This document shows positions 27,125-35,985 of a stretch of DNA of 40,301 bases, piece after piece. This stretch comes from PVC group bacterium. Lineage in GTDB: Bacteria; Auribacterota; Erginobacteria; Erginobacterales; Erginobacteraceae. The translations under genes were made by a program, and so were the position numbers. The notes under the pieces are model-generated. The model saw only the letters and a list, made by a program, of their open reading frames with translations, made no database searches and was not told where the DNA came from. The stretch lies in assembly GCA_043804695.1 (NCBI GenBank), contig JAZDIV010000019.1:1-40301 (forward strand). The letters are read 5' to 3'. Within the stretch, counting starts at the first letter, position 1. Each line of letters opens with the position of its first letter.

Positions 27125-29841
27125 CTTTTTTCCGAAGATGTTTTATCTGCTCGATCCTCCCGAGTGTCTTTCTCCTGACCCCGGCGCCCCGGGGGCAGGC
27201 GGCTCCCCGGTACCTGAGGACCAATCAGCGGGGCTATCTCCCCGGCGATACCAAGGTGGCGATCGCATTTTCCGATGACGACCTCTCCGCGCTATCCTAC
27301 CGCCTGATCGACTCCGCCACCGGCGAGACCGCCTTCGGTCCCCAGGGCATGGGTGCGGATGCCGGAAGCTACTGCGCCTTCTCCCATAACTACCGGCTCG
27401 ATTTTTCCGCTTTCACCGGGTGCGGCACCTATCAAGCGGAACTCAACGATGGGAGCGCAGAATCTTATTACTTCCTGATCTCTCCCAACGCCTATGAGGG
27501 GACCCAGGAGGAGATCCTGGAATATCTCCGTTCTCAACGCTGCGGTTATAACCCGTTCCTCGACGCCACCTGCCATACCCATCCCGAATCGGCTACCGAC
27601 GGAGACGCCTGGAAGGTGGACGCGGGCGCTTTTGCCGACATGTCCGGGGGATGGCACGACGCCGGCGATTACATCAAGTTCCTTCTGACCGTCAGCAATG
27701 TTCTCGACCTGATGCTATTTACCTACCGGGAGAACCGGGGTAAGTTCGCCGACGACTACAGGGCCGACGGCACTCCCGATTCCAACGGGATCCCGGATAT
27801 TCTCGACGAGGCCAGGTACGGTCTCGATTGGGTCTTGAAGTTAAAAGCAGTTCCGGGCCGGCTCTATTATCAGGCAGGGGGGGAGGAGGACCATTCCAGC
27901 GGCTGGCGCCTTCCCCAGAATGATAATACCAATTACGGATATAGCGGCTACCGGCCCGCCTACCAGGGGATCGGCGCCAATATCGCCGGACGCTCGGCGG
28001 CGGCCTTTGCGATGGCCTACCTGATCTGGAAGAACGATCTCGGTGATGACGCCTACGCCGCCGCCTGCTGGTCCGCCGCCACCGAGCTCTATTCGCTCGC
28101 CTGGAGCAACCTTACCGCCCGGGACTCGTATCCTTCCTGGTTTTACGACGAAACGTTCTTTTACGACGATCTCGAGCTGGCCGGGGTGGAGATGTACAAG
28201 GCAAGCGGAGATTTCAATTACCTCTCCGACGCGGTTTACTGCAGTTCGCTGGCCGGCTCCTCCTGGGGCTGGTTCGATTGGGGGAACATCCAGTCGCTTG
28301 CTCATTACGAACTCTACCCCCACGCCGATTACTCCACCCAGAGCCAGCTCCAGCTTTATCTTCGCCAGGACCTGGAGAGTAACCTGAATCAGGCCCTGAC
28401 CAACCCCTTCCGGGTATCCACCATTTACGACTGGGGTTCGGCGGCGGTCATGACCGGGACGGTGGTCATGTGCGATTTTTACCGGAAGCTCTTCCCTCAG
28501 GATACGACTTATGCCGCCCTCCACGACGAGGTAAGGGACTATCTTCTGGGAAAGAACCAGTGGGGAGTTTCCTGGGTGGTGGGGCAGGGAGATAACTATG
28601 CCCGGGACCCTCACAGTCAGGTCTCCGATATCACCGGGATCGATATACACGGAACCTGCATCGAGGGTCCGATGGCCCAATCGACCTGGGACGGTATGGG
28701 GATCAGCCTCAAGGACCCGGACGAGTATGCCGCCTTCCAGTCCGGGGCCGCCGTCTACCACGATGACGTCAACGACTGGGCTACCAACGAACCAACCATC
28801 TGGCAGGCCTCCCTTACCCTCTGTATGTTATCTAATCTGGCTCCTCCGACTCCGAATATGACGCCCACTCCGACACCGATCACACCCACACCGACACCAA
28901 CTCCATTTGGCGATAAAACCCCGCCGCCTTCGCCGACCCCGTCCGTGACTCCGACGCCATCCCGGACACCTACGACAACACCGCCGCCGCCGGTTCCACC
29001 GACAGCACCTCCCCACACGCCAACCGCCGTTCCCGCGACGCCGACCCCGGCACCGACTACCCCGACCCCGGTTCCTCCCACTCCCACTCCCGGTTCCGAC
29101 GCGCCGCCCTGGATCTATGACTACGACGGTGATGGCACCTCCGACATTACCATCTTCCGGGGGAGTTCAGGCCTGTGGGCGGTGAGGGGGATAAGCCGGG
29201 TTTATTTCGGTTCCTCCTCCGATCTTCCAGTCCCCGGAGACTACAGCGGTGACAAAACCACCGATATCGGAATATTCAGAGGCAGTTCGGGCTTATGGGC
29301 AATTCGAGGAGTAACCCGACAATATTTCGGTTCTTCCACAGATCAGGCCCTCCCGGGAGATTATAACGGTGATGGTTCCTGGGACATTGCCATATTCAGG
29401 GGAGGCAGCGGTCTCTGGGCTATCCATGGTTTGACCCGGATTTATTTTGGAACGCTGAATGACGAACCTGTCCCAGGCTATTACAATGGAGATGGAACAG
29501 AGGATATCGGGATATTCCGGCCGAGCTCAGGTCTCTGGGCGCTCCGGGGGATTAGCCGGATCTATTTCGGCGGTTCAAGTGACACTGTCGTTCCCGGCGA
29601 CTACGACGGGGATGCTACCTGGGAGACCGGCATCTTCTGCTCATCATCGGGTTTGTGGGCTGTACGGGATGTTACCAGAGTCTATTTCGGGGCCAGCTCC
29701 GACCGGCCGCTTCCGGCCGATTATAGTGGGGACGCAATAGACGATGTGGGAATATTTCGGCCAACTTCCGGTTTATGGGCAGCCAGAGGGATCACCAGGG
29801 TTTACTATGGAACTTCCGGCGACATTCCGGTGACAAGGTAA
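27121..29841 (+). CDS. Secreted GH9 glycoside hydrolase (Ig-like N-domain, GH9 catalytic domain, Pro/Thr linker, FG-GAP-like C-terminal module)
   Basis: TNQRGYLPGDTKVA, SGGWHDAGDYIKF, DYLLGKN.WG.SWVVG.G...PH, YHDDVNDWATNEPTI; ends GDIPVTR. Confidence 0.9.
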   Translation: MTFFRRCFICSILPSVFLLTPAPRGQAAPRYLRTNQRGYLPGDTKVAIAFSDDDLSALSYRLIDSATGETAFGPQGMGADAGSYCAFSHNYRLDFSAFTGCGTYQAELNDGSAESYYFLISPNAYEGTQEEILEYLRSQRCGYNPFLDATCHTHPESATDGDAWKVDAGAFADMSGGWHDAGDYIKFLLTVSNVLDLMLFTYRENRGKFADDYRADGTPDSNGIPDILDEARYGLDWVLKLKAVPGRLYYQAGGEEDHSSGWRLPQNDNTNYGYSGYRPAYQGIGANIAGRSAAAFAMAYLIWKNDLGDDAYAAACWSAATELYSLAWSNLTARDSYPSWFYDETFFYDDLELAGVEMYKASGDFNYLSDAVYCSSLAGSSWGWFDWGNIQSLAHYELYPHADYSTQSQLQLYLRQDLESNLNQALTNPFRVSTIYDWGSAAVMTGTVVMCDFYRKLFPQDTTYAALHDEVRDYLLGKNQWGVSWVVGQGDNYARDPHSQVSDITGIDIHGTCIEGPMAQSTWDGMGISLKDPDEYAAFQSGAAVYHDDVNDWATNEPTIWQASLTLCMLSNLAPPTPNMTPTPTPITPTPTPTPFGDKTPPPSPTPSVTPTPSRTPTTTPPPPVPPTAPPHTPTAVPATPTPAPTTPTPVPPTPTPGSDAPPWIYDYDGDGTSDITIFRGSSGLWAVRGISRVYFGSSSDLPVPGDYSGDKTTDIGIFRGSSGLWAIRGVTRQYFGSSTDQALPGDYNGDGSWDIAIFRGGSGLWAIHGLTRIYFGTLNDEPVPGYYNGDGTEDIGIFRPSSGLWALRGISRIYFGGSSDTVVPGDYDGDATWETGIFCSSSGLWAVRDVTRVYFGASSDRPLPADYSGDAIDDVGIFRPTSGLWAARGITRVYYGTSGDIPVTR

Positions 29842-29903
29842 TTGGAATTAGGGAATAGGGATTGGGGATTAGGGAATGGGGATTGGGGATTAGGGAATGG
29901 GGA
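29842..29903. repeat. Heptamer tandem repeat (GGGA[AT]T[AGT]-type)
   Basis: TTGGAATTAGGGAATAGGGATTGGGGATTAGGGAATGGGGATTGGGGATTAGGGAATGGGGA. Confidence 0.8.
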
Positions 29904-29939
29904 CTGTGGACTGCTTACCGATTACTGCTTACTGCTTTT

Positions 29940-30032
29940 CCCCCGGTGCCCGCCCCTCACCGTCCGGAAGCAAATCTTAAAGGTATCTTAAATTAACCAC
30001 GCTCCCCGGTGACAACCGGGGTCATGCCCGTT
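29940..30032 (+). repeat. Cassette-end repeat A, copy 8 (93-bp variant)
   Basis: CCGGTGCCCGCCCCTCACCGTCCGGAAG...TTAACCACGCT-CCCCGGTGACAACCGGGG-TCATGCCCGTT. Confidence 0.9.
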
Positions 30033-30324
30033 AGCAGGCCCGGGACGTGGTCTGGCTTACCTTCACTTCGTTCGAGGACAAGCTCATCCTCCGGCTCCAA
30101 AGAATACCGCATCTCTACCCAACCCGACTTCGTCACCTACGATAAGAAAAATTATATACCGCTACCAGAATGAATATAGATTTGTTAATCCTTTCTTTAA
30201 AGCTTGGTTGATTTACAAAAATTATTAAACAACGAGCTCAACGGCCACAAGATCAGCCCGGGCGACTCCCTCTAATGTCACGGGGTTGATGTGGACACAG
30301 GACGGAGACCGGCACGGAGGAAAG

Positions 30325-31803
30325 ATGAGAACATACTTTGCGATTGTCCTGGCAGCAGCAGTCTTCGGCATTGCCGGATGCGGAACTCCAGGCAAGGCGC
30401 CATTAAACGCAGAAACAGAGAGCCCGAAGATTGAAGACGATCAGTTCTTCTCAAACTACCTTTACGCAAAGATGCCCGGGCGGTCCCTGCACACCTTTGG
30501 CGAGAACGACCTGAAGTGCCAGTTTCTAAACATCAGCCCGCAGCTTCATTCGGTATTTACGCCCGAATTCACGGCGGCGGTATTCTCTAAACTCCAGAAG
30601 ATTTACTCCCTCGAAATCGAAACCGCAAGAGAAGGCATCCACTCGGATGAAGAGATGGCCCAGTATCTGCTGGACGGCGGCGTGTTAAAAGAGCTGGGAA
30701 TAAGTAAATCCGCGGCACTGAAGGCTCTCAAAGAGACAGACCCAGGCGCGAACCTGATACACCCCCTGGCCAAATTCACAAGATACCATGCGATTGATCC
30801 CCCCGGCGCGCCGGTGAGGCTGCCGGGCGAGTTTGAGCCCGCGGGTGCGGTCTATGTCTCCTGGCCGCGGTACGACACCTGGGTATGGGACAGGACGGCG
30901 TCGCTCGTAAAAGAGACAAAAGATGTCTCGCCGGCCTGGATATTCGTTCCCAACGAGTACTGGCAGAAGGCAGTTGAGTTATATCTGAGTAAAAAGGGAA
31001 TCGGTTTCTCCAACGTGAAGTTTCTCCACATCCCCACAGATGATGCGTGGGCGAGGAACTGGGGGCAGCTCACGGTTTTCTCCGGCGAGAAGGGAGAACC
31101 GGCATTTATCCGCGCGGCCCTCATCGGATACGCGGGCGGACAGCCGTACGCCAAACAGAGTTCTGAGGCCGTGGCGGCGTTCGGCCAGTACATGGACGTG
31201 CCTGTCTATCAGCTCCCGCTGATTACCGAACTGGGGGGCAATGTCATAACCGACGGGAACGGTACTATCATAACCTCGCAGCATTTTCCCGACCAGAATC
31301 CGGATGTCGGGCGGGAGAATTTCAAGAAGATACTCCGTGACTATCTAGGCTGTGAACAGCTGATCGTTATTCCGGACCTCAAAGGTGAAGTTTGCGGACA
31401 CGCCGACATACTGGTGAAATTCGCCGACCCCCGCACGGTGTTCGTCGCCTCGGTTCCCCAAGGCACCCCGTGGTATGAGGATCTGGAGAAGATTGCCGAA
31501 ATTATCGCCGGTGCAAAATCCCTTTCGGGGGTTAATTATAAAGTGGTAACACTTCCGATGCCTACCAACCAGGATTTCAGCAAGGATTCCAAGGACTGGT
31601 CATATATCAACAGCCTGACGGTGAACAAGAAGATAATCGTTCCCCTCTACGGAGCTCCGGAGGACGAACAGGCGTTAAGGATTTACCGGGAAACTCTGCC
31701 CGGTTACGAAGTGGTCGGCATCGATTGGTCGCCGTATTTCTTCGGGGCCATTCACTGCCAGACCCAGGATGTTCCCCCGGCGGTAACGAACCGGATAAAA
31801 TAG
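30325..31803 (+). CDS. Agmatine deiminase/PPAD-family lipoprotein
   Basis: RLPGEFEP, W.R, GGN..TDG.G, GHAD, SYIN and GAIHCQTQ (catalytic Cys); lipobox IAGC after GGAGG RBS. Confidence 0.85.
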   Translation: MRTYFAIVLAAAVFGIAGCGTPGKAPLNAETESPKIEDDQFFSNYLYAKMPGRSLHTFGENDLKCQFLNISPQLHSVFTPEFTAAVFSKLQKIYSLEIETAREGIHSDEEMAQYLLDGGVLKELGISKSAALKALKETDPGANLIHPLAKFTRYHAIDPPGAPVRLPGEFEPAGAVYVSWPRYDTWVWDRTASLVKETKDVSPAWIFVPNEYWQKAVELYLSKKGIGFSNVKFLHIPTDDAWARNWGQLTVFSGEKGEPAFIRAALIGYAGGQPYAKQSSEAVAAFGQYMDVPVYQLPLITELGGNVITDGNGTIITSQHFPDQNPDVGRENFKKILRDYLGCEQLIVIPDLKGEVCGHADILVKFADPRTVFVASVPQGTPWYEDLEKIAEIIAGAKSLSGVNYKVVTLPMPTNQDFSKDSKDWSYINSLTVNKKIIVPLYGAPEDEQALRIYRETLPGYEVVGIDWSPYFFGAIHCQTQDVPPAVTNRIK

Positions 31804-31889
31804 TTTTTCGTAATTTCTTGTTCAATTTCCTTTTCTCCAACTAATTCCGGGAAAATTAACAACAATAGATTTTATGCGGATCGATGGAT

Positions 31890-31976
31890 CTCCCGGTGTC
31901 CATTCTTTACCGTACGGAAAGCGATTTTGATGAAATCCCAGATAAGCAACGCCCTGGGATATCCGTCATTCCCGTA
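31890..31976 (+). repeat. Cassette-end repeat A, copy 9 (87 bp, diverged; distal array boundary)
   Basis: CTCCCGGTGTCC...TACCGTACGGAAAGCGATTTTGATGAAATCCCAGATAAGCAACGCCCTGGGATATCCGTCATTCCCGTA, followed by an imperfect hairpin to ~32011. Confidence 0.88.
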
Positions 31977-32009
31977 AATTCCTCCATGGGGGTAACTCTC
32001 TGGGGGAAT

Positions 32010-32206
32010 TTATTAGTCAATCCATAATTGTATGGACATGTCATTGCGAGGAGCGAGATCCTTCGCTATCGCTCGGGACAGGCTACGCAATCTCAACTCT
32101 ATGCACAGCAAGAGATTGCTTCCCGCCACGCTTTGCTCGCGGCTTCGGCTAACGCTCGCAATGACCGCAATCCTTGCTGTAAATACTACAACGGTCGGAT
32201 TAATAA
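32010..32206. mobile_element. MITE/REP-like palindromic element, copy 2
   Basis: Homologous to 452-655; ends TTATTAGTC...GATTAATAA form an imperfect inverted repeat. Confidence 0.75.
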
Positions 32207-32279
32207 GTCACAGCCGGCCGTCCCTTTTTCAGGAACAACCGGGTTGCTGGCCGCCCGCGAACCGGGGCTCTTACTTTAG

Positions 32280-32354
32280 TCGGGGCGGGGAGATTCGAAC
32301 TCCCGACCTCACGGTCCCGAACCGTGCGCGCTAACCAGACTGCGCCACGCCCCG
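32280..32354 (-). tRNA. tRNA-Pro(CGG)
   Basis: Reverse complement CGGGGCG...CACGG-TTCGGGA-CCGTG...GTTCGAATC...CGCCCCG-A. Confidence 0.95.
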
Positions 32355-32465
32355 CAATGATAACAAAAAGAATAACATGCTGTCCTTCCGGGGAATAAAT
32401 AAACAGTGAGCTGTAGCCGCCTAAACAAGATTACTATTCGTAATACATTGAACGATAATTATTAA

Positions 32466-32510
32466 CCTGGATTATTCATGAAAATATTTAATTTTCATGA
32501 ATAACCCAGG
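32466..32510. mobile_element. 45-bp MITE with IS1380-type ends
   Basis: CCTGGATTATTCATGAAAAT-attta-ATTTTCATGAATAACCCAGG; ends match the TIR at 16737/18420. Confidence 0.8.
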
Positions 32511-32539
32511 TTACGGGATAAGGGATACGGGTTACGTTG

Positions 32540-33262
32540 TCAAGGGGCAATATCCGTTTTCCGTTTCATCACCTTTTTATGAATCCAGACATAGACGGCC
32601 AGGATCACGGCGCAGGCCGCCAGAATCCAGATCATGTTTTCCCCGACCAGGTCCTTCCCTTTACGGACTATTTCGCCATAGGACAGGGCCGTGGTCTGAA
32701 GGCCGAGGTGATAGCCGATCGCCATCAGCACGGCAATCCAGATCCCGGCCCCCAGCGCGGTGAAGAGAGTGAAGCGCCCGAAGCGCATCCGGGAGAGTCC
32801 GGCGGGGAGGGATATCAGCTGGCGGATGGCCGGGATCAGCCGGGAGACAAACGTCGCCACCTCGCCGTACTCGCGGAATATCTCTTCCGCCCGCTCCATC
32901 TTCTCCGGGGGGAGAAAGAAAAACCGGCCGTATCGGTGGAGGAACGGCCGCCCCAGCCGGAGGGCCAGAAAATAGTTAAAATAGGCCCCGGCCAGTGAAC
33001 CAGCCAGCCCGCAGAGGAAGGCCGCGGCGAGGGCGCCGACGGGATCGCCCGGAAAAAACTCCGATCGGGCGGCCCAGAAACCGGCGGGGATCATGATCAC
33101 TTCACTGGGGAAGGGGATCAGCGACGACTCGACCGCCATGAAAAAAAAGACCAGCAGGGGGCCGCGCCAGGTGATCATCAGGCCGGCCGCATTTTCCAGA
33201 ATCGGGACCAGGTGTTCGATCATGAGATGTGCTTCTGATTTGCCGTTTTGACATTCCGGCAC
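32540..33262 (-). CDS. dedA: DedA family membrane protein
   Basis: ESSLIPFPSEVIMIPAG, RLIPAIRQLISLPAG motifs; start may be 33223. Confidence 0.9.
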   Translation of the reverse strand: MPECQNGKSEAHLMIEHLVPILENAAGLMITWRGPLLVFFFMAVESSLIPFPSEVIMIPAGFWAARSEFFPGDPVGALAAAFLCGLAGSLAGAYFNYFLALRLGRPFLHRYGRFFFLPPEKMERAEEIFREYGEVATFVSRLIPAIRQLISLPAGLSRMRFGRFTLFTALGAGIWIAVLMAIGYHLGLQTTALSYGEIVRKGKDLVGENMIWILAACAVILAVYVWIHKKVMKRKTDIAP

Positions 33263-33314
33263 CGCCGGGGATGAAACGCCTGCCTGCGCCCGGCAGCGCC
33301 GCCGGAATAAGATG

Positions 33315-33977
33315 TCATCCCCGCCAGCCGTACTCCCCGATCAGGGGGACGAAAACGCAGCCTCCTTCGTCACGCTCCACGACCTTATCCCCTGCCCTCC
33401 TCAGGACCAGCAGCCGCTGCGAATAGCTGCCCCCGGCGGGGATGACCAGGCGCCCTCCTTCGGCCAGCTGTTCCAGCAGGGGGGAGGGAACGGCCGGGGA
33501 GCCGGCGGTGACGATGATGCCGTCGTAGGGCGCGTACTCGGGCCAGCCCCGTGTCCCGTCGCCCGTTAGAATGGTGATGTTTTCATGTCCGCCCGTCCTC
33601 AGGATCTCGCCGGCGCGGCGGGCGATCGCAGGGAGACGCTCCACGGAATAGACCCGGGCGGCGAGGCGGGAGAGGATGGCCGCCTGGTAGCCGGAGCCGG
33701 TCCCGATCTCCAGCACTTTCTCGGCGCCGGTCAGGGCCAGGCACTGGGTCATCAGCGCCACCATGAACGGCTGGGAAATGGTCTGCCCCTCTCCGATCGG
33801 CACCGGGTGATCGCCGTAGGCCTCCGGGAGGCTGCAGCCGGGTATAAACGCGTGGCGGGGGACATCACGAAAGGCCTGGAGCACGCGGATGTCTGTTATC
33901 CCGCGGGGCTCCAGCTGACGAGATACCATCTCCTCCCTCAAATAGGAGGCCTCATCATCTTGCTCCTTAATCCACAT
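33315..33977 (-). CDS. pcm: Protein-L-isoaspartate O-methyltransferase
   Basis: GQTISQP, VLEIGTGSGYQAA, APYDGIIVTAG, FVPLIG. Confidence 0.95.
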   Translation of the reverse strand: MWIKEQDDEASYLREEMVSRQLEPRGITDIRVLQAFRDVPRHAFIPGCSLPEAYGDHPVPIGEGQTISQPFMVALMTQCLALTGAEKVLEIGTGSGYQAAILSRLAARVYSVERLPAIARRAGEILRTGGHENITILTGDGTRGWPEYAPYDGIIVTAGSPAVPSPLLEQLAEGGRLVIPAGGSYSQRLLVLRRAGDKVVERDEGGCVFVPLIGEYGWRG

Positions 33978-34030
33978 GATATACCTATATTATAGGCTTA
34001 CTCTAAAGTTTGATCAAAGTGAGGTATCTA

Positions 34031-35089
34031 TCACTTCTTATCCTGTTCTTCCTTGCTATAAACGTACATGAACTCCTCGGCAATAAATCTGCTCCTGCCT
34101 TTCCTCCTTAACAGGAAATATTTTCTGTCTTTACTAAAGATAATTTCAGTTGATCCTACTGTTGAAGATATTTTTAAAGATTCTCTATCTCTATATAGAT
34201 CATTAAAAATGGAGATAATATCATCTATTCCCCGCTTTTCTAACTTATTAATATTTTCCTCACTTGTATCATAGCGGTAATCCGATACATTCCTAAATTT
34301 TATTCTACCTTCATGCGCGGAGAAAATTTTGTAGTCACACGCAAAAAATCTTTGTTCAGAACCATATTGTTTGATTTCGCACTGCCTATATTGAAAAGAT
34401 TCCTTTTCTTGTTCTTGCGAACTGGAATCATCCGGGGTAGTGATAGGGTTTGGCTTAGGAAAATATTCACATTTATTTATGTATGAATCTTTTTTAAAAT
34501 AATATTCATTATTCCCCCTGAAATTTATCCACTGTCCTAAAAGTGCCTGTCGAAGGGACAGTTGAGATCTATCTTTATCGCTGCAAGTGCCCGTCTCTGT
34601 CTTGTCTTCATTCTGCGGTTCAGTCTTGTCATCAACGTATGTCAGGTTATGCTTTCCCCAGAATGAACTACATTTCACAGTCGCATTGTTTCTATCCTCA
34701 CTGAATATAAACTTACATTTTTCTCCAATAATTTTAGGTTCGTTAAGAGGTATTGCAATATCATACTCCCCTATATATCTATCCGTTATTTTAATACCCA
34801 ACGTATTCCTGTCGGTCCAACTTTTTTGCCACCAAAAACGATCTAATGCTCTTTTCGTTTTAACTTCTTCACCTTCAATAAATTTGTTTTCCCTCACAAA
34901 CCAACATTTTTCAGGAGAAAAATAATAGTGAAAAGAAATGCTGTCATCGCCCCATAATCCATATACAGCCCAGTGTCCCAGTAATGCTGCCTCCAGGCTG
35001 AGATTGCTTCGGTCGATTTCTTCGCCGGGGCATAATCCTGGAAATAATAAATAAATAGTTGTTACATAAACTATTGAATAGGATTTCAA
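34031..35089 (-). CDS. AT-rich hypothetical secreted protein with an internally duplicated domain
   Basis: 352-aa ORF; hydrophobic N-terminus; DRSNLSLEAALLGHW / DRSQLSLRQALLGQW repeat. Confidence 0.65.
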   Translation of the reverse strand: MKSYSIVYVTTIYLLFPGLCPGEEIDRSNLSLEAALLGHWAVYGLWGDDSISFHYYFSPEKCWFVRENKFIEGEEVKTKRALDRFWWQKSWTDRNTLGIKITDRYIGEYDIAIPLNEPKIIGEKCKFIFSEDRNNATVKCSSFWGKHNLTYVDDKTEPQNEDKTETGTCSDKDRSQLSLRQALLGQWINFRGNNEYYFKKDSYINKCEYFPKPNPITTPDDSSSQEQEKESFQYRQCEIKQYGSEQRFFACDYKIFSAHEGRIKFRNVSDYRYDTSEENINKLEKRGIDDIISIFNDLYRDRESLKISSTVGSTEIIFSKDRKYFLLRRKGRSRFIAEEFMYVYSKEEQDKK

Positions 35090-35112
35090 ATTTTCAACTC
35101 ACACAGGTATAA

Positions 35113-35808
35113 CTATATCATTGGTTTCAGGGGCGGAAGGTTCCGCAAAACCAGCTTGATAAACCGCAGGGTATCCCGTCCGGGATGGATCTTGCTCGTC
35201 TGCCCGGTGTATATGGTTTTGACCGGAATCGAGCGGATCGTAAAGCCGAGGCGGGAGGCCTGGATCAGCATCTCCGATTCCGTGTCATAATTGCCGGTTG
35301 TTAAGGAAAGCCGCTCCAGGACCCTCCTGGTAATCAGCCGGTAGCCGCACTGGCTGTCCGGAACCTCCTGCCCGATCAGCCGGGAGAGGATTTTGGACAT
35401 CACGCGGTTGGTCCAGTAGCGGACCGGCGGCATCGCTGAAGCCGCCTGCATCCGATTGCCGACGACGATCTCCGCCCCGGTCCGCCGGGCCGCGTCCAGA
35501 AAAGCCGGGATCTCCGCCGGGTCGTGCTGGCCGTCGCCGTCAAGCACGATGATCGGATCGGCCCCCCCCGCGGTCAACGCCTCGAAGCCCGTCCGCAGGA
35601 CGGCCCCCTTGCCCCGGTTTACCGGCTGACGGATCACTTCCGCCCCCGCCCCGGCCGCCCGGGCGGCCGTCTCATCGGCAGAGCCGTCATCGACCACCAG
35701 CACCCGGGAGACGAACTGTCTCGCCCCCTTCACCACATCCGCGATCCGGCCTGCCTCGTTGTAGGCCGGTATCAGGGCCGCCGCCTCCGGCGGAGATCGT
35801 CGTTCCAT
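35113..35808 (-). CDS. Glycosyltransferase family 2 (DPM-synthase-like)
   Basis: IPAYNEA, VVDDGSAD, NRGKGA, DGDGQH, DSQCGYR. Confidence 0.92.
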   Translation of the reverse strand: MERRSPPEAAALIPAYNEAGRIADVVKGARQFVSRVLVVDDGSADETAARAAGAGAEVIRQPVNRGKGAVLRTGFEALTAGGADPIIVLDGDGQHDPAEIPAFLDAARRTGAEIVVGNRMQAASAMPPVRYWTNRVMSKILSRLIGQEVPDSQCGYRLITRRVLERLSLTTGNYDTESEMLIQASRLGFTIRSIPVKTIYTGQTSKIHPGRDTLRFIKLVLRNLPPLKPMI

Positions 35809-35835
35809 ATAAATTAGCGCCTCCGGCTCAACTGG

Positions 35836-35953
35836 GTGACGGTTATGGTAACGAAGCCCGTTTCGTCCGGCGGTTACGGTTACGTGCGCCGGGCGGAGCG
35901 GCCATTACCGTTACCCTCACCGATACGGGCATCGTTACCCTTACCGTTACCAT
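35836..35953. repeat. Intergenic hexamer repeats in inverted arrangement (GGTTAC / TTACCG types)
   Basis: GGTGACGGTTATGGTAACG...CGGTTACGGTTACG...CATTACCGTTACC...CGTTACCCTTACCGTTACC. Confidence 0.55.
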
Positions 35954-35985
35954 TTCCGAATAATCAATTTCCTCACGTCAGCCCC

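Noticed and set aside
12366..29841. Diversity-generating retroelement among the similar FG-GAP tails
   Set aside because: No reverse transcriptase gene, and differences between the tails are not visibly confined to adenines.
9215..31976. CRISPR array interpretation of repeat A
   Set aside because: Repeats are 87-93 bp and separated by gene-bearing segments of about 0.8-5 kb; no cas genes are present.
9215..31976. Canonical integron (attC sites / CALIN)
   Set aside because: No IntI in the window. The repeat forms two local hairpins rather than one long R''-L''-L'-R' palindrome, RYYYAAC/GTTRRRY boxes are met only loosely (best in copy 5), and the core matches a tRNA end. Not formally excluded without IntegronFinder.
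8413..32279. Prophage, ICE or a single integrase-bearing genomic island
   Set aside because: No phage structural, conjugation, replication or integrase genes; many internal att-like sites rather than one attL/attR pair.
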